A DNA stretch of 64,000 bases, taken from assembly GCA_964403075.1 (NCBI GenBank), contig CAYOEV010000001.1:298864-362863 (forward strand), written 5' to 3'. The notes under the pieces were generated by a model, which searched no databases, was not told the origin of the DNA, and was given only the letters and a program-made list of their open reading frames with translations. Of this stretch, positions 30,304 through 38,499 are shown in pieces (the stretch's first letter is position 1; each line of letters starts with the position of its first letter). The position numbers and the translations under genes were made by a program. This DNA comes from an uncultured Roseivirgaceae bacterium (GTDB lineage Bacteria > Bacteroidota > Bacteroidia > Cytophagales > Cyclobacteriaceae).

Positions 30304-30957
30304 ATGAAAGGGGTCATTAGGACATTGGTATGGAAAGAGGTTCAGTTGGATTGGAGACAGAAAAATCCTTTGGTAGGTATTCTACTCTATACGGTGTCGA
30401 CCATTTATGTGGTATATCTTTCTTTTAATCAGGTGATGACGCCTAAAGAATGGAGTACAACATTTTGGATTATTGTCATGTTCATTGCCTCTGGGGGTCT
30501 CAACCGCTCATTCAGCCAGGAGTATCAGCGAAGAGTATATTATTACTTCACTGTTCCGGCAGGGTCATTGATTGGCGCTAAGCTCTTTTATTCCGTGCTA
30601 TACTTATTGGTGCTTACGCTCACTGCTTTATTGACTTATATGATCTTACTTCCTGCACCTGAGTTGAACTGGGGACTGTTTGCTTTAAACTTGCTGGTTG
30701 CTGTTGTGGGTATTGCCGCGAGCTTTACTTTCATTGCTTCCATATCAGCGCATACCGGTCAAGGTCAGAACATGTTGGCCATATTGGGATTCCCCGTATT
30801 ACTGCCCGTCTTATTTCTGGCTATAGGGAATGCCAGCGCCTTGTCTATGGGAGGGGAATGGGCGGACATAGACCGAAACCTATTAATACTCGCTGCGATA
30901 GATGCCATTATTATCTCCTTATCCTTAATTTTGTTTCCCTATACCTGGAGACCATGA
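30304..30957 (+). CDS. ccmB: heme exporter protein CcmB
   Basis: 217-aa six-helix membrane protein. LNRSFSQE and ILGFPVLLPVLF segments resemble CcmB. ATGA overlap with ccmC. Confidence 0.78.
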   Translation: MKGVIRTLVWKEVQLDWRQKNPLVGILLYTVSTIYVVYLSFNQVMTPKEWSTTFWIIVMFIASGGLNRSFSQEYQRRVYYYFTVPAGSLIGAKLFYSVLYLLVLTLTALLTYMILLPAPELNWGLFALNLLVAVVGIAASFTFIASISAHTGQGQNMLAILGFPVLLPVLFLAIGNASALSMGGEWADIDRNLLILAAIDAIIISLSLILFPYTWRP

Positions 30958-31616
30958 AGTATTTGTTGAGATCGAGTTGGTGGAAGTGGTTGAGCATGTT
31001 GTTACTGATTTACGTGGTGATTGCAGGGTTTTTGGCGCCTGTACCCAGGTTGCCCATTTTGAATGAAACCATTCGTGTGTTGCATTTTCACGTACCCATG
31101 TGGTTTGGCATGATTATACTCTTTGCTTCCTCGGTTATTCAATCCATTCGTTTTTTAAAATCGAATGCCTTAGAATACGATAACCACGCCGCTGTACTCG
31201 CGCATGTGGGTATGTGGTTTGCTGTACTCGGACTGCTCACGGGGATGGTTTGGGCAAATTTCACTTGGGGGGAGCCCTGGAGCCAGGATCCCAAACAAAA
31301 TGCCACGGCCATAAGCATGCTTATTTACGCAGCTTATTTTGTGCTAAGGGGCTCAATTACAGAGGATTTTCAGCGGGCGCGTGTATCAGCCGTTTACAAT
31401 ATTTTTGCATTTGCCGCGCTCATACCACTTTTATTCATATTGCCTCGACAAACCGATAGTTTGCACCCTGGAAATGGGGGGAATCCGGGATTCAATGCTT
31501 ACGACCTGGACAGCCAACTCAGACTCGTTTTTTACCCTGCCGTGATTGGATGGACGCTTTTAGGTTTTTGGATAGCGACCATTCAAATTAAAATTAAACA
31601 ACTGGTGATCGAATGA
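30954..31616 (+). CDS. ccmC: heme exporter/cytochrome c assembly protein CcmC
   Basis: Trp-rich heme-handling motif WGEPWSQDPKQ flanked by TM helices with His residues. Real start is the ATG at 30954; the ORF-track start at 30858 lies inside ccmB. Confidence 0.85.
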   Translation: MKYLLRSSWWKWLSMLLLIYVVIAGFLAPVPRLPILNETIRVLHFHVPMWFGMIILFASSVIQSIRFLKSNALEYDNHAAVLAHVGMWFAVLGLLTGMVWANFTWGEPWSQDPKQNATAISMLIYAAYFVLRGSITEDFQRARVSAVYNIFAFAALIPLLFILPRQTDSLHPGNGGNPGFNAYDLDSQLRLVFYPAVIGWTLLGFWIATIQIKIKQLVIE

Positions 31617-31801
31617 ATGCATGGATAGCTATCACCGGATTAATCTTGAACCTTGCTCAGCCGGAGGCTGTTGAAATGGCAGATGATTATCGTGGGGAAG
31701 GAAAAATATACGTTTTGGTGGCTATTGTTCTGTTAATACTTGCAGGATTGTTCGTTTACCTGTTTAGGTTAGAACGAAAAATTAAAAAATTAGAGAAATG
31801 A
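31613..31801 (+). CDS. ccmD: CcmD-family small membrane protein
   Basis: 62 aa with a single TM helix (IYVLVAIVLLILAGLFVYLF) followed by a basic tail RLERKIKKLEK. Position between ccmC and ccmE, with 4-nt overlaps on both sides. Confidence 0.6.
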   Translation: MNAWIAITGLILNLAQPEAVEMADDYRGEGKIYVLVAIVLLILAGLFVYLFRLERKIKKLEK

Positions 31802-32202
31802 AAACCACACATCTTGTAGGAATAGGCGTAATAGCCGTTTCCATCGTCATTATCATTTCCACGGCTGGCAACACAAGTCAGTACGTTACGTTCAACGAAG
31901 CCATGGATCTGGCCCACAAGGGAGCGCGGGAGCAGATACATGTAGTTGGCACATTGAAAAAAAATCCACAAGGAGAGGTGGTAGGTCTGCAAAACAGTCC
32001 GGACTTTCTTTCTTTCAGGTTTGTCATGGTTGATGAAAATGGAGAAGAAGAAATGGTTTTTCACCCTAATCCCATGCCCACAGACTTTCTACGTTCTGAG
32101 CAGGTGGTCGTGGTAGGTCGATTTAACAAGGAGCAATTTGTGGCAGATAAAATTCTTCTAAAATGCCCATCCAAATATCAGGAGGAGGAAGTTCAAATAT
32201 GA
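31798..32202 (+). CDS. ccmE: cytochrome c maturation heme chaperone CcmE (Cys variant)
   Basis: 134 aa with an N-terminal anchor, an OB-fold-like body (VVGTLKKN..., VVVVGRF) and C-terminal LLKCPSKY. That tail aligns with E. coli LAKHDENY. Confidence 0.8.
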   Translation: MKTTHLVGIGVIAVSIVIIISTAGNTSQYVTFNEAMDLAHKGAREQIHVVGTLKKNPQGEVVGLQNSPDFLSFRFVMVDENGEEEMVFHPNPMPTDFLRSEQVVVVGRFNKEQFVADKILLKCPSKYQEEEVQI

Positions 32203-34694
32203 TTCATTTTTTCCCAGGTAACCTGGGGCATTTATTCGTTATCCTGGCCTTTGTAGCCGCACTATTTGCCACCATATCTTTTTACCTGAGTACCAGAGAT
32301 CCCAAGTGGAACAAAATGGCTACATGGGGGTTTCACGTGCATGGTATTTCTGTTATTGGTGTGGTTGTAGTCCTCTTTTACATTATCAATCAGCATTACT
32401 TTGAATACCACTACGTTTGGTCGCATTCAAGTACTACACTGCCATGGTATTACCAGATTTCTTGTTTTTGGGAAGGACAGGAGGGGTCCTTTTTACTATG
32501 GATGTTATGGAATGTAGCCATAGGCTGGCTACTCATGGCGACCAATAAAGAGTGGAAGCATTCTGTGATGACCATCATGAGTCTGACTCAGGTATTTCTT
32601 ACTTCCATGATCCTTGGTGTGGTAATATTCGAGAACCTGAAGGTGGGTAGCAGTCCCTTTCTCTTGCTCAGAGACGTCCTTGATGCCCCTATTTTTGCCA
32701 CCAATCCGAACTATGTGCCCGCAGATGGGAGCGGCCTGAATCCATTGCTTCAAAACTATTGGATGGTGATTCATCCACCTACCCTGTTTCTGGGTTTCGC
32801 AATGACTGTGGTGCCTTTCGCTTTTTGCATGGCAGGATTGTGGCGCAAGAAATACACCGAATGGATTCGTCCGGCCTTGCCTTGGATGCAGGTGTCTCTA
32901 CTTGTTTTGGGTGTGGGTATCTTGATGGGTGCTTATTGGGCTTATGAGACCCTGAATTTCGGTGGTTTTTGGAATTGGGACCCAGTAGAAAATGCCATCT
33001 ACGTGCCCTGGTTGATCATGGCTGCCGCCATGCACACCATGATCATTCAAAAACGCAAGTCCTCGGCGTTGAAAATATCAATTATTTTAACGGTTACGAG
33101 TTTTCTATTGGTACTCTACTCCACATATCTGGTCAGAAGTGGGGTGTTGGGAGAAGCCTCCGTGCATTCTTTTACTGATGCCGGGCTATCCAACCAATTA
33201 CTGATATACTTGGGTCTATTCTTTACCGGTACCCTATTGTTAGTGAGCTTACGCTGGAAATCCCTTCCGGGTGGCGAACAAGACGTGAGTATATACACCA
33301 GGGAGTTTTGGATTTTTATGGGCACAGCTACCCTCTCTTTAATGGCGCTCCAGGTCATTTGGCCCACTTCTATACCAGCTTTTAACCGGCTGATGGCATT
33401 TGTGGGTACAGAAACGAATATTGCCATACCTGCCGATCAGGTTGGATTCTACTCCTACTGGCAACTGTTTTTTGCTGTTATGCTAGGCATTCTCTCTGGT
33501 ACCGGTCAGTTTTTCTGGTGGAATCGCATCACTCCTAAAGAGCTTTGGAAGCGTATTTCTCTGCCCATTGTGCTCGCCCTGACGGTGAGTGCCTTCATAT
33601 TTATACTGGTAAAAGTCTACCAATGGGAATACATGCTTTTGGTGGTGGCTAGTTGTTATACCATCATCGCCAATGCATCGCTACTACGTACTCTGGTGAA
33701 GAAAAATGTTCGCTTAAGTGGTGGATCCATCGCACACATGGGCATAGGGCTCATGCTGCTAGGTATTTTGTTTAGCTCCGGCTACGAAAAAATGTTATCC
33801 ACCAATTATACCGGCAGGGCTTGGAGTAACGATCTGCCAGAGGAAGTTAATCGTGACAACTTGCTACTTTTCATCAATGAGGCAAGGCAGATGGATGATT
33901 ACTCGTTGCTTTATAAGGGTATGCGGAAAAAAACAAATGAGGCAGGATACGTGCCTGCTCATTACTTGTCAGGTACCAGTAATCCCAATAGGTATACTTT
34001 AAACCGTAACTATTCTGATCGATTTAGAGCGGGTGATACCCTTCATCTTACAAATGGAGAAAATAGTTATTTTGAGATAGACTACAAAAAATCGGAAGGC
34101 CGAACGTTCACACTATTCCCCCGGGTTCAAATGAATGAAACGATGGACATGATCGTGTTATCCCCGGATATTCGTCACCGGCTGGATGCGGATGTTTATA
34201 CACATGTGCGCACGTTCCCGGATCCCGCATCAGAGGTGCAATGGGCAGAGACAGACACACTCCGCTTGGCTAAAGATGAACAATTTTTTGTGAATGATTA
34301 TGTGGCGACTTTTAAAGGAGCTAGCATCGTGAAATCATTGGATGGGTTTGTACTTGAGGGTCAGGATTTTGCCGTTCGTGCAGAAGTCGAAATACAAGGA
34401 GAATTTCAAACATATCAGGCACGACCGGTCTATATTGTTCAGGAAGATCGTGTGGGGAGAATTGCAGATGAGGTTCAGGAATTAGGTGTGGAGTTGTCTA
34501 TTTTGGCTATTGACGCCCCGAACAATCGTTTTGTGTTTGGAACAAAAACGCGTCAGAAGGATTGGGTCATTATCGAAGCAGTGGAAAAACCCATGATTAA
34601 TCTATTGTGGTTAGGTACTTTTTTTCTTGTAGCTGGTCTCACCATAGCCTCCACGCGCAGATACAAAGAATTCAAAAGAGAACGCAATCAATAA
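32199..34694 (+). CDS. ccmF: cytochrome c-type biogenesis protein CcmF (heme lyase component), extended form
   Basis: WWD motif FGGFWNWDPVEN and many TM helices. I prefer the ATG at 32199 (ATGA overlap with ccmE), giving 831 aa. Confidence 0.88.
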   Translation: MIHFFPGNLGHLFVILAFVAALFATISFYLSTRDPKWNKMATWGFHVHGISVIGVVVVLFYIINQHYFEYHYVWSHSSTTLPWYYQISCFWEGQEGSFLLWMLWNVAIGWLLMATNKEWKHSVMTIMSLTQVFLTSMILGVVIFENLKVGSSPFLLLRDVLDAPIFATNPNYVPADGSGLNPLLQNYWMVIHPPTLFLGFAMTVVPFAFCMAGLWRKKYTEWIRPALPWMQVSLLVLGVGILMGAYWAYETLNFGGFWNWDPVENAIYVPWLIMAAAMHTMIIQKRKSSALKISIILTVTSFLLVLYSTYLVRSGVLGEASVHSFTDAGLSNQLLIYLGLFFTGTLLLVSLRWKSLPGGEQDVSIYTREFWIFMGTATLSLMALQVIWPTSIPAFNRLMAFVGTETNIAIPADQVGFYSYWQLFFAVMLGILSGTGQFFWWNRITPKELWKRISLPIVLALTVSAFIFILVKVYQWEYMLLVVASCYTIIANASLLRTLVKKNVRLSGGSIAHMGIGLMLLGILFSSGYEKMLSTNYTGRAWSNDLPEEVNRDNLLLFINEARQMDDYSLLYKGMRKKTNEAGYVPAHYLSGTSNPNRYTLNRNYSDRFRAGDTLHLTNGENSYFEIDYKKSEGRTFTLFPRVQMNETMDMIVLSPDIRHRLDADVYTHVRTFPDPASEVQWAETDTLRLAKDEQFFVNDYVATFKGASIVKSLDGFVLEGQDFAVRAEVEIQGEFQTYQARPVYIVQEDRVGRIADEVQELGVELSILAIDAPNNRFVFGTKTRQKDWVIIEAVEKPMINLLWLGTFFLVAGLTIASTRRYKEFKRERNQ

Positions 34695-34698
34695 GGAC

Positions 34699-34706
34699 TA
34701 TTTTTG
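34699..34706 (+). promoter_or_regulatory. candidate -7 box (TATTTTTG)
   Basis: Exact TAnnTTTG match in the 16-nt ccmF-DUF2520 spacer. It ends 4 nt before the ATG at 34711. Confidence 0.3.
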
Positions 34707-34710
34707 GTAA

Positions 34711-35484
34711 ATGTCCGGAAAAGTGATCGCCATCGTGGGAACAGGTAATTTGGCCGCGCATTTAGTGGCTTACTTCAAGAAGATTGATCAGCAAATTGAG
34801 GCGGTAATTTCCAGAGGCGTTGGCGAGGAGTTTAATGGCATACCTGTAAAACGGACGAGGGATTTAACCCCCCTTGTTGCACAATGGATTTTTTTTGCCA
34901 TACCGGATAGATGTTTGATTTCACTGGGCAAATCGTATAAATGGCGGAAAGACCAAATACTGGTTCATTGTTCAGGCGGTTCATCCCTCGGGATTTTACC
35001 TTCAAAAGACCATGGTGTTTTTTACCCGCTACAGACTTTTTCACGGTGGGATTTCGTGGACTGGAGGCACGTTCCGGTGTTCGTCGAAGGTAGTAACGAC
35101 AAGGTGACCAGACAGTTACTTCATTGGGGGGAAGCGGGTGCCCGTGCCGGGATATTGATGTCTTCAGATAAACGTAAACGATTGCATCTGTTAGCGGTGG
35201 TGGTAGCAAATTTTCCTGTCTTCCTTTGGGCGATTGCCCGGAAGGAGGCACAGGAGGCAAATTTAGATTTTGCCTGGTATGAGCCACTCATAAAAAAGAG
35301 CCTCGATAAACTTTTGTCTACGGAAGACTTGGATGCCTTAACGGGGCCGGCGAAAAGAGGCGATCGGCAAACTTTGATGGGCCACCTCAAAGATTTGAAT
35401 GACCCGCTGATGAAGGATATGTACCGCGCAATGAGTAATGCAATTTTGGAAAAATTTGGGCATGAGCATTTGGAACATACTTAA
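34711..35484 (+). CDS. Rossmann-fold oxidoreductase-like protein with DUF2520 C-terminal domain
   Basis: N-terminus IAIVGTGNLAAHL. C-terminal TGPAKRGDRQTLMGHL is typical of DUF2520. Confidence 0.7.
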   Translation: MSGKVIAIVGTGNLAAHLVAYFKKIDQQIEAVISRGVGEEFNGIPVKRTRDLTPLVAQWIFFAIPDRCLISLGKSYKWRKDQILVHCSGGSSLGILPSKDHGVFYPLQTFSRWDFVDWRHVPVFVEGSNDKVTRQLLHWGEAGARAGILMSSDKRKRLHLLAVVVANFPVFLWAIARKEAQEANLDFAWYEPLIKKSLDKLLSTEDLDALTGPAKRGDRQTLMGHLKDLNDPLMKDMYRAMSNAILEKFGHEHLEHT

Positions 35485-36307
35485 GGGTGTAGTTGCGGCA
35501 AGTCGCTTGCCCAATTTGCTCATTATTGCGTGCGCCCAATTCTTTGCAGCTTATCTTTTACTTAGAAACGGTTACATTGAGGGTATTGGCATTGAGTTGT
35601 TCTGGTTGATAGTCAGTACACTTATGGTCGCTGCAGGTGGTTATATTATCAATGATTATTACGATCAAAAAATAGATATGATCAATCGTCCGAGGACTGT
35701 GGTCGTAGGCACACAACTAAGTCGTAGGTGGGCATTGGGTTCCCACTGGACGTTATCGACACTGGCGGTGGTTATTGGCTTCTTGGCTGCACCGATCGTC
35801 GGATGGTTCCATTGTTTTTCGATATTTATGCTTTGGTATTTTTCCAACAGCCTCAAAAGATTTTTTTTGGGTAAAATGGTCATTGGTTGGCTTGCCGGCA
35901 TGGCCATTATTGTAGTTTCATTTTTATATGGGGTGGCCAGTCTTAAACTGTTGGCCTTCGCCGTGTTTGGAGGAGGACTTATCTGGATACGTGAGCTCGT
36001 CAAGGACATTGAAAATGTTAAAGGTAGCCGTATGCATGGAGTTAGGGACATGGTCAACATCTGGGGACTGATAGGCACCAAGTGGTTCATAGGCCTGTTG
36101 GGCGCTGCCAGTTTAATTTTACTCATTGCATTTGTAGCCAGGCTGGGGTCCCCAGTCCTCACTATCTATTACATCGTGTTGTTGCCATTGATCTTATGGT
36201 TTACCATTCTCCTTGTAAAAGCAGACAGGAGAATTCATTTTCGCAAGCTCAGAATGATTTTAAATGTGCTCATATTGCTAGGTCTACTAAGCATGCTTCT
36301 GGTATGA
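35438..36307 (+). CDS. UbiA-family prenyltransferase (DGGGP-synthase-like)
   Basis: First Asp-rich motif is NDYYDQKIDMINRP (35651-35692). 8-9 TM helices. The alternative ATG at 35462 (MSIWNILKG...) is more likely and still overlaps the upstream gene by 23 nt. Confidence 0.8.
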   Translation: MQFWKNLGMSIWNILKGVVAASRLPNLLIIACAQFFAAYLLLRNGYIEGIGIELFWLIVSTLMVAAGGYIINDYYDQKIDMINRPRTVVVGTQLSRRWALGSHWTLSTLAVVIGFLAAPIVGWFHCFSIFMLWYFSNSLKRFFLGKMVIGWLAGMAIIVVSFLYGVASLKLLAFAVFGGGLIWIRELVKDIENVKGSRMHGVRDMVNIWGLIGTKWFIGLLGAASLILLIAFVARLGSPVLTIYYIVLLPLILWFTILLVKADRRIHFRKLRMILNVLILLGLLSMLLV

Positions 36308-36885
36308 AGAAGAGAATTGCGATATGGGCATCTGGAAATGGCACGAATGCAGAAGCGATCATGGCGCATTTTAAGCGTCACCCGTCTATAGAGGTTGTGC
36401 TTCTACAAACCAACCGGGTAGACGCAGGCGCATTGCAACGGGCCAAACTATTTCAGGTTCCGGCACAGGTCTTTGATCGTGACCAGCTTGCATCGGGAGA
36501 GGTGTTGGCCACTTTGCTGGCCAATCGGATAGATTACCTTATCCTGGCTGGTTTTCTATGGCTGGTGCCAAGCAGTATTTTATCAGTTTGGGAAGGCAGG
36601 ATACTGAACATCCATCCTGCATTGCTGCCTAAGTATGGCGGTAAGGGCATGTACGGAAACTTTGTGCATGAGGCCGTGCTCAACAATGAGGAATCATTTT
36701 CGGGAATTACCATTCACCAGGTGAATGCGGCCTATGACAAGGGTCAAATCGTGTTTCAAGCACCTTGTCCCGTTTTGGCTGATGATACACCTGAGCAATT
36801 GGCTCATCGAATACATGAACTGGAACATCAATATTATCCGGGGGTAATAGAAGCTTTCATTCTCGATAGAGAGAATATTGTCTAA
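36304..36885 (+). CDS. purN: phosphoribosylglycinamide formyltransferase
   Basis: MKKRIAIWASGNGTNAEAI, NIHPALLPKYGG and ITIHQV motifs. Real start is the ATG at 36304 (ATGA overlap with the upstream stop). The ORF-track start at 36082 is an in-frame read-through of the UbiA gene region. Confidence 0.92.
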   Translation: MKKRIAIWASGNGTNAEAIMAHFKRHPSIEVVLLQTNRVDAGALQRAKLFQVPAQVFDRDQLASGEVLATLLANRIDYLILAGFLWLVPSSILSVWEGRILNIHPALLPKYGGKGMYGNFVHEAVLNNEESFSGITIHQVNAAYDKGQIVFQAPCPVLADDTPEQLAHRIHELEHQYYPGVIEAFILDRENIV

Positions 36886-36905
36886 TCTTGCGCTTTAGTT
36901 TCCCC

Positions 36906-38438
36906 ATGAATCAAAAAATCACCTCTGCACTCATCTCTGTTTTTAACAAGGAAAAATTGGCCCCGCTGGTGCACCGACTAGATGACTTAGGTGTAAGGTT
37001 GCACTCGACGGGTGGAACGCTCGCGTACATAGATGATTTGGGTGTGCCTGTTACAGCAATAGAGGACCTTACCGGGTACCCGGCGATTCTGGGCGGGCGT
37101 GTGAAAACCTTACATCCTAAAGTATTTGGTGGGATATTGAATCGTCGAGGGCATTTGGGCGATGAAAAGGAATTGGCGGAATATCAAATTCCCAATTTCG
37201 ACCTGGTCGTTGTTGATCTGTATCCTTTTGAAGAAACTGTTGCTGCTGGCGGTTCGCCTGATGAGATCATAGAGAAGATTGACATTGGAGGGGTCTCCTT
37301 AATTCGTGCGGCCGCCAAAAACTACCAGAGTACCTGGATTATAAGTAATCGTGCGCAGTATCTGGAGGCAGTTGAAATCCTGAGTAGTTCAGATGGTGTG
37401 GTTGATGAGGCGGTAAGAAAGCGATATGCAGCAACGGCATTTGCGGTTTCTTCCCATTATGATACCGCCATTTATGACTACTTGGCTGAAGAGGATACAA
37501 ATTTCCAGCACCTACGACTTAGTAGATCGAACCCGATCATCTTGCGGTATGGAGAAAACCCACATCAAAAGGGGGCGTTTTTTGGTGATTTGGACTCTTG
37601 GTTTGTCCAGCTGAACGGAAAGGCTTTGTCTTACAACAACCTACTTGATCTAGAGGCGGCGGTGCGTTTAATGGTAGATCTTAATAGAGAAAATAAGGCC
37701 TGTTGTGCCATATTGAAACATAATAACGCATGCGGAGTTGCCAAGGGCACGCAGATGAAAGATGCTTATGCCATGGCCCTGGCTGCTGATCCCTTGTCGG
37801 CTTTCGGTGGCGTGATCATTGCCAATCAGCCACTGGATATGGCTGCTGCCAAGGAAATGAATTCCCTATTTTTTGAGATCCTAATTGCACCTGCATTTGA
37901 TCCGGGAGCACTAGAATTATTAAAGAGTAAAAAGAACAGAATAATTCTACGGCAAAAATGTACATGGAATGAAAAAGCGGATTTCAGAAGCTTATTGGGA
38001 GGTGTGTTGTACCAGGAAAGTGACCGTCAGATTGACAGTAAAGAAGACATACAAGTGGTGACCCAAAACAAGCCAACGCAGATGGAAGAAGAAGCAATGC
38101 TCTTTGCATCGGTTATTTCAAAGCATTCGAAATCTAACACCATTGTATTGGCCACGAATCATCAAATGATTGCCAGCGGAGTGGGCGAGACCTCGAGGGT
38201 GGATGCCTTGAAGCATGCATTGGAAAAGGCCAAGCACTTTGGGTTAGAACTTAAAAATGCTGCAATGGCATCAGATGCTTTTTTTCCTTTTCCTGACTGC
38301 GTAGAAATAGCGCATAATGCCGGTGTTAGGGCAGTTATACAGCCAGGCGGATCTGTGAAAGATGACCAGTCCATTGATTTCTGTAACCGACATGGAATGA
38401 CTATGGTGTTTACTGGTTACAGGCATTTTAAACATTAG
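36906..38438 (+). CDS. purH: bifunctional AICAR transformylase / IMP cyclohydrolase
   Basis: ALISVFNKE, GGRVKTLHPK, LRYGENPHQ and C-terminal RHFKH. Confidence 0.95.
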   Translation: MNQKITSALISVFNKEKLAPLVHRLDDLGVRLHSTGGTLAYIDDLGVPVTAIEDLTGYPAILGGRVKTLHPKVFGGILNRRGHLGDEKELAEYQIPNFDLVVVDLYPFEETVAAGGSPDEIIEKIDIGGVSLIRAAAKNYQSTWIISNRAQYLEAVEILSSSDGVVDEAVRKRYAATAFAVSSHYDTAIYDYLAEEDTNFQHLRLSRSNPIILRYGENPHQKGAFFGDLDSWFVQLNGKALSYNNLLDLEAAVRLMVDLNRENKACCAILKHNNACGVAKGTQMKDAYAMALAADPLSAFGGVIIANQPLDMAAAKEMNSLFFEILIAPAFDPGALELLKSKKNRIILRQKCTWNEKADFRSLLGGVLYQESDRQIDSKEDIQVVTQNKPTQMEEEAMLFASVISKHSKSNTIVLATNHQMIASGVGETSRVDALKHALEKAKHFGLELKNAAMASDAFFPFPDCVEIAHNAGVRAVIQPGGSVKDDQSIDFCNRHGMTMVFTGYRHFKH

Positions 38439-38499
38439 CGAAAAGTCAATAACAAACAAATAGATATCTTATCTTCACCAGCAAATTTTCTGATTTTCA

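Noticed and set aside
30858-30953. N-terminal extensions in the ORF track: ccmC from 30858, purN from 36082, T9SS protein from 45884, hydrolase from 61591, skp from 52390, bamA from 55091, cysN from 23150
   Set aside because: Each extension runs through the upstream gene in another frame. An internal ATG gives a canonical N-terminus or signal peptide and an ATGA-type junction with the upstream stop.
34832-35287. 151-aa ORF antisense to the DUF2520 gene. Similar cases are 35121-35390, 19888-20319, 24010-24375, 24869-25267, 48928-49302, 57943-58323 and 6907-7239.
   Set aside because: All lie wholly inside confidently identified genes, on the other strand or in another frame, and show no family motifs. 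They are treated as spurious shadow ORFs.
35665-36162. 165-aa ORF antisense to the UbiA prenyltransferase
   Set aside because: The sense frame has the NDxxDxxxD motif and regular TM helices. The antisense ORF has no start context or motif support.
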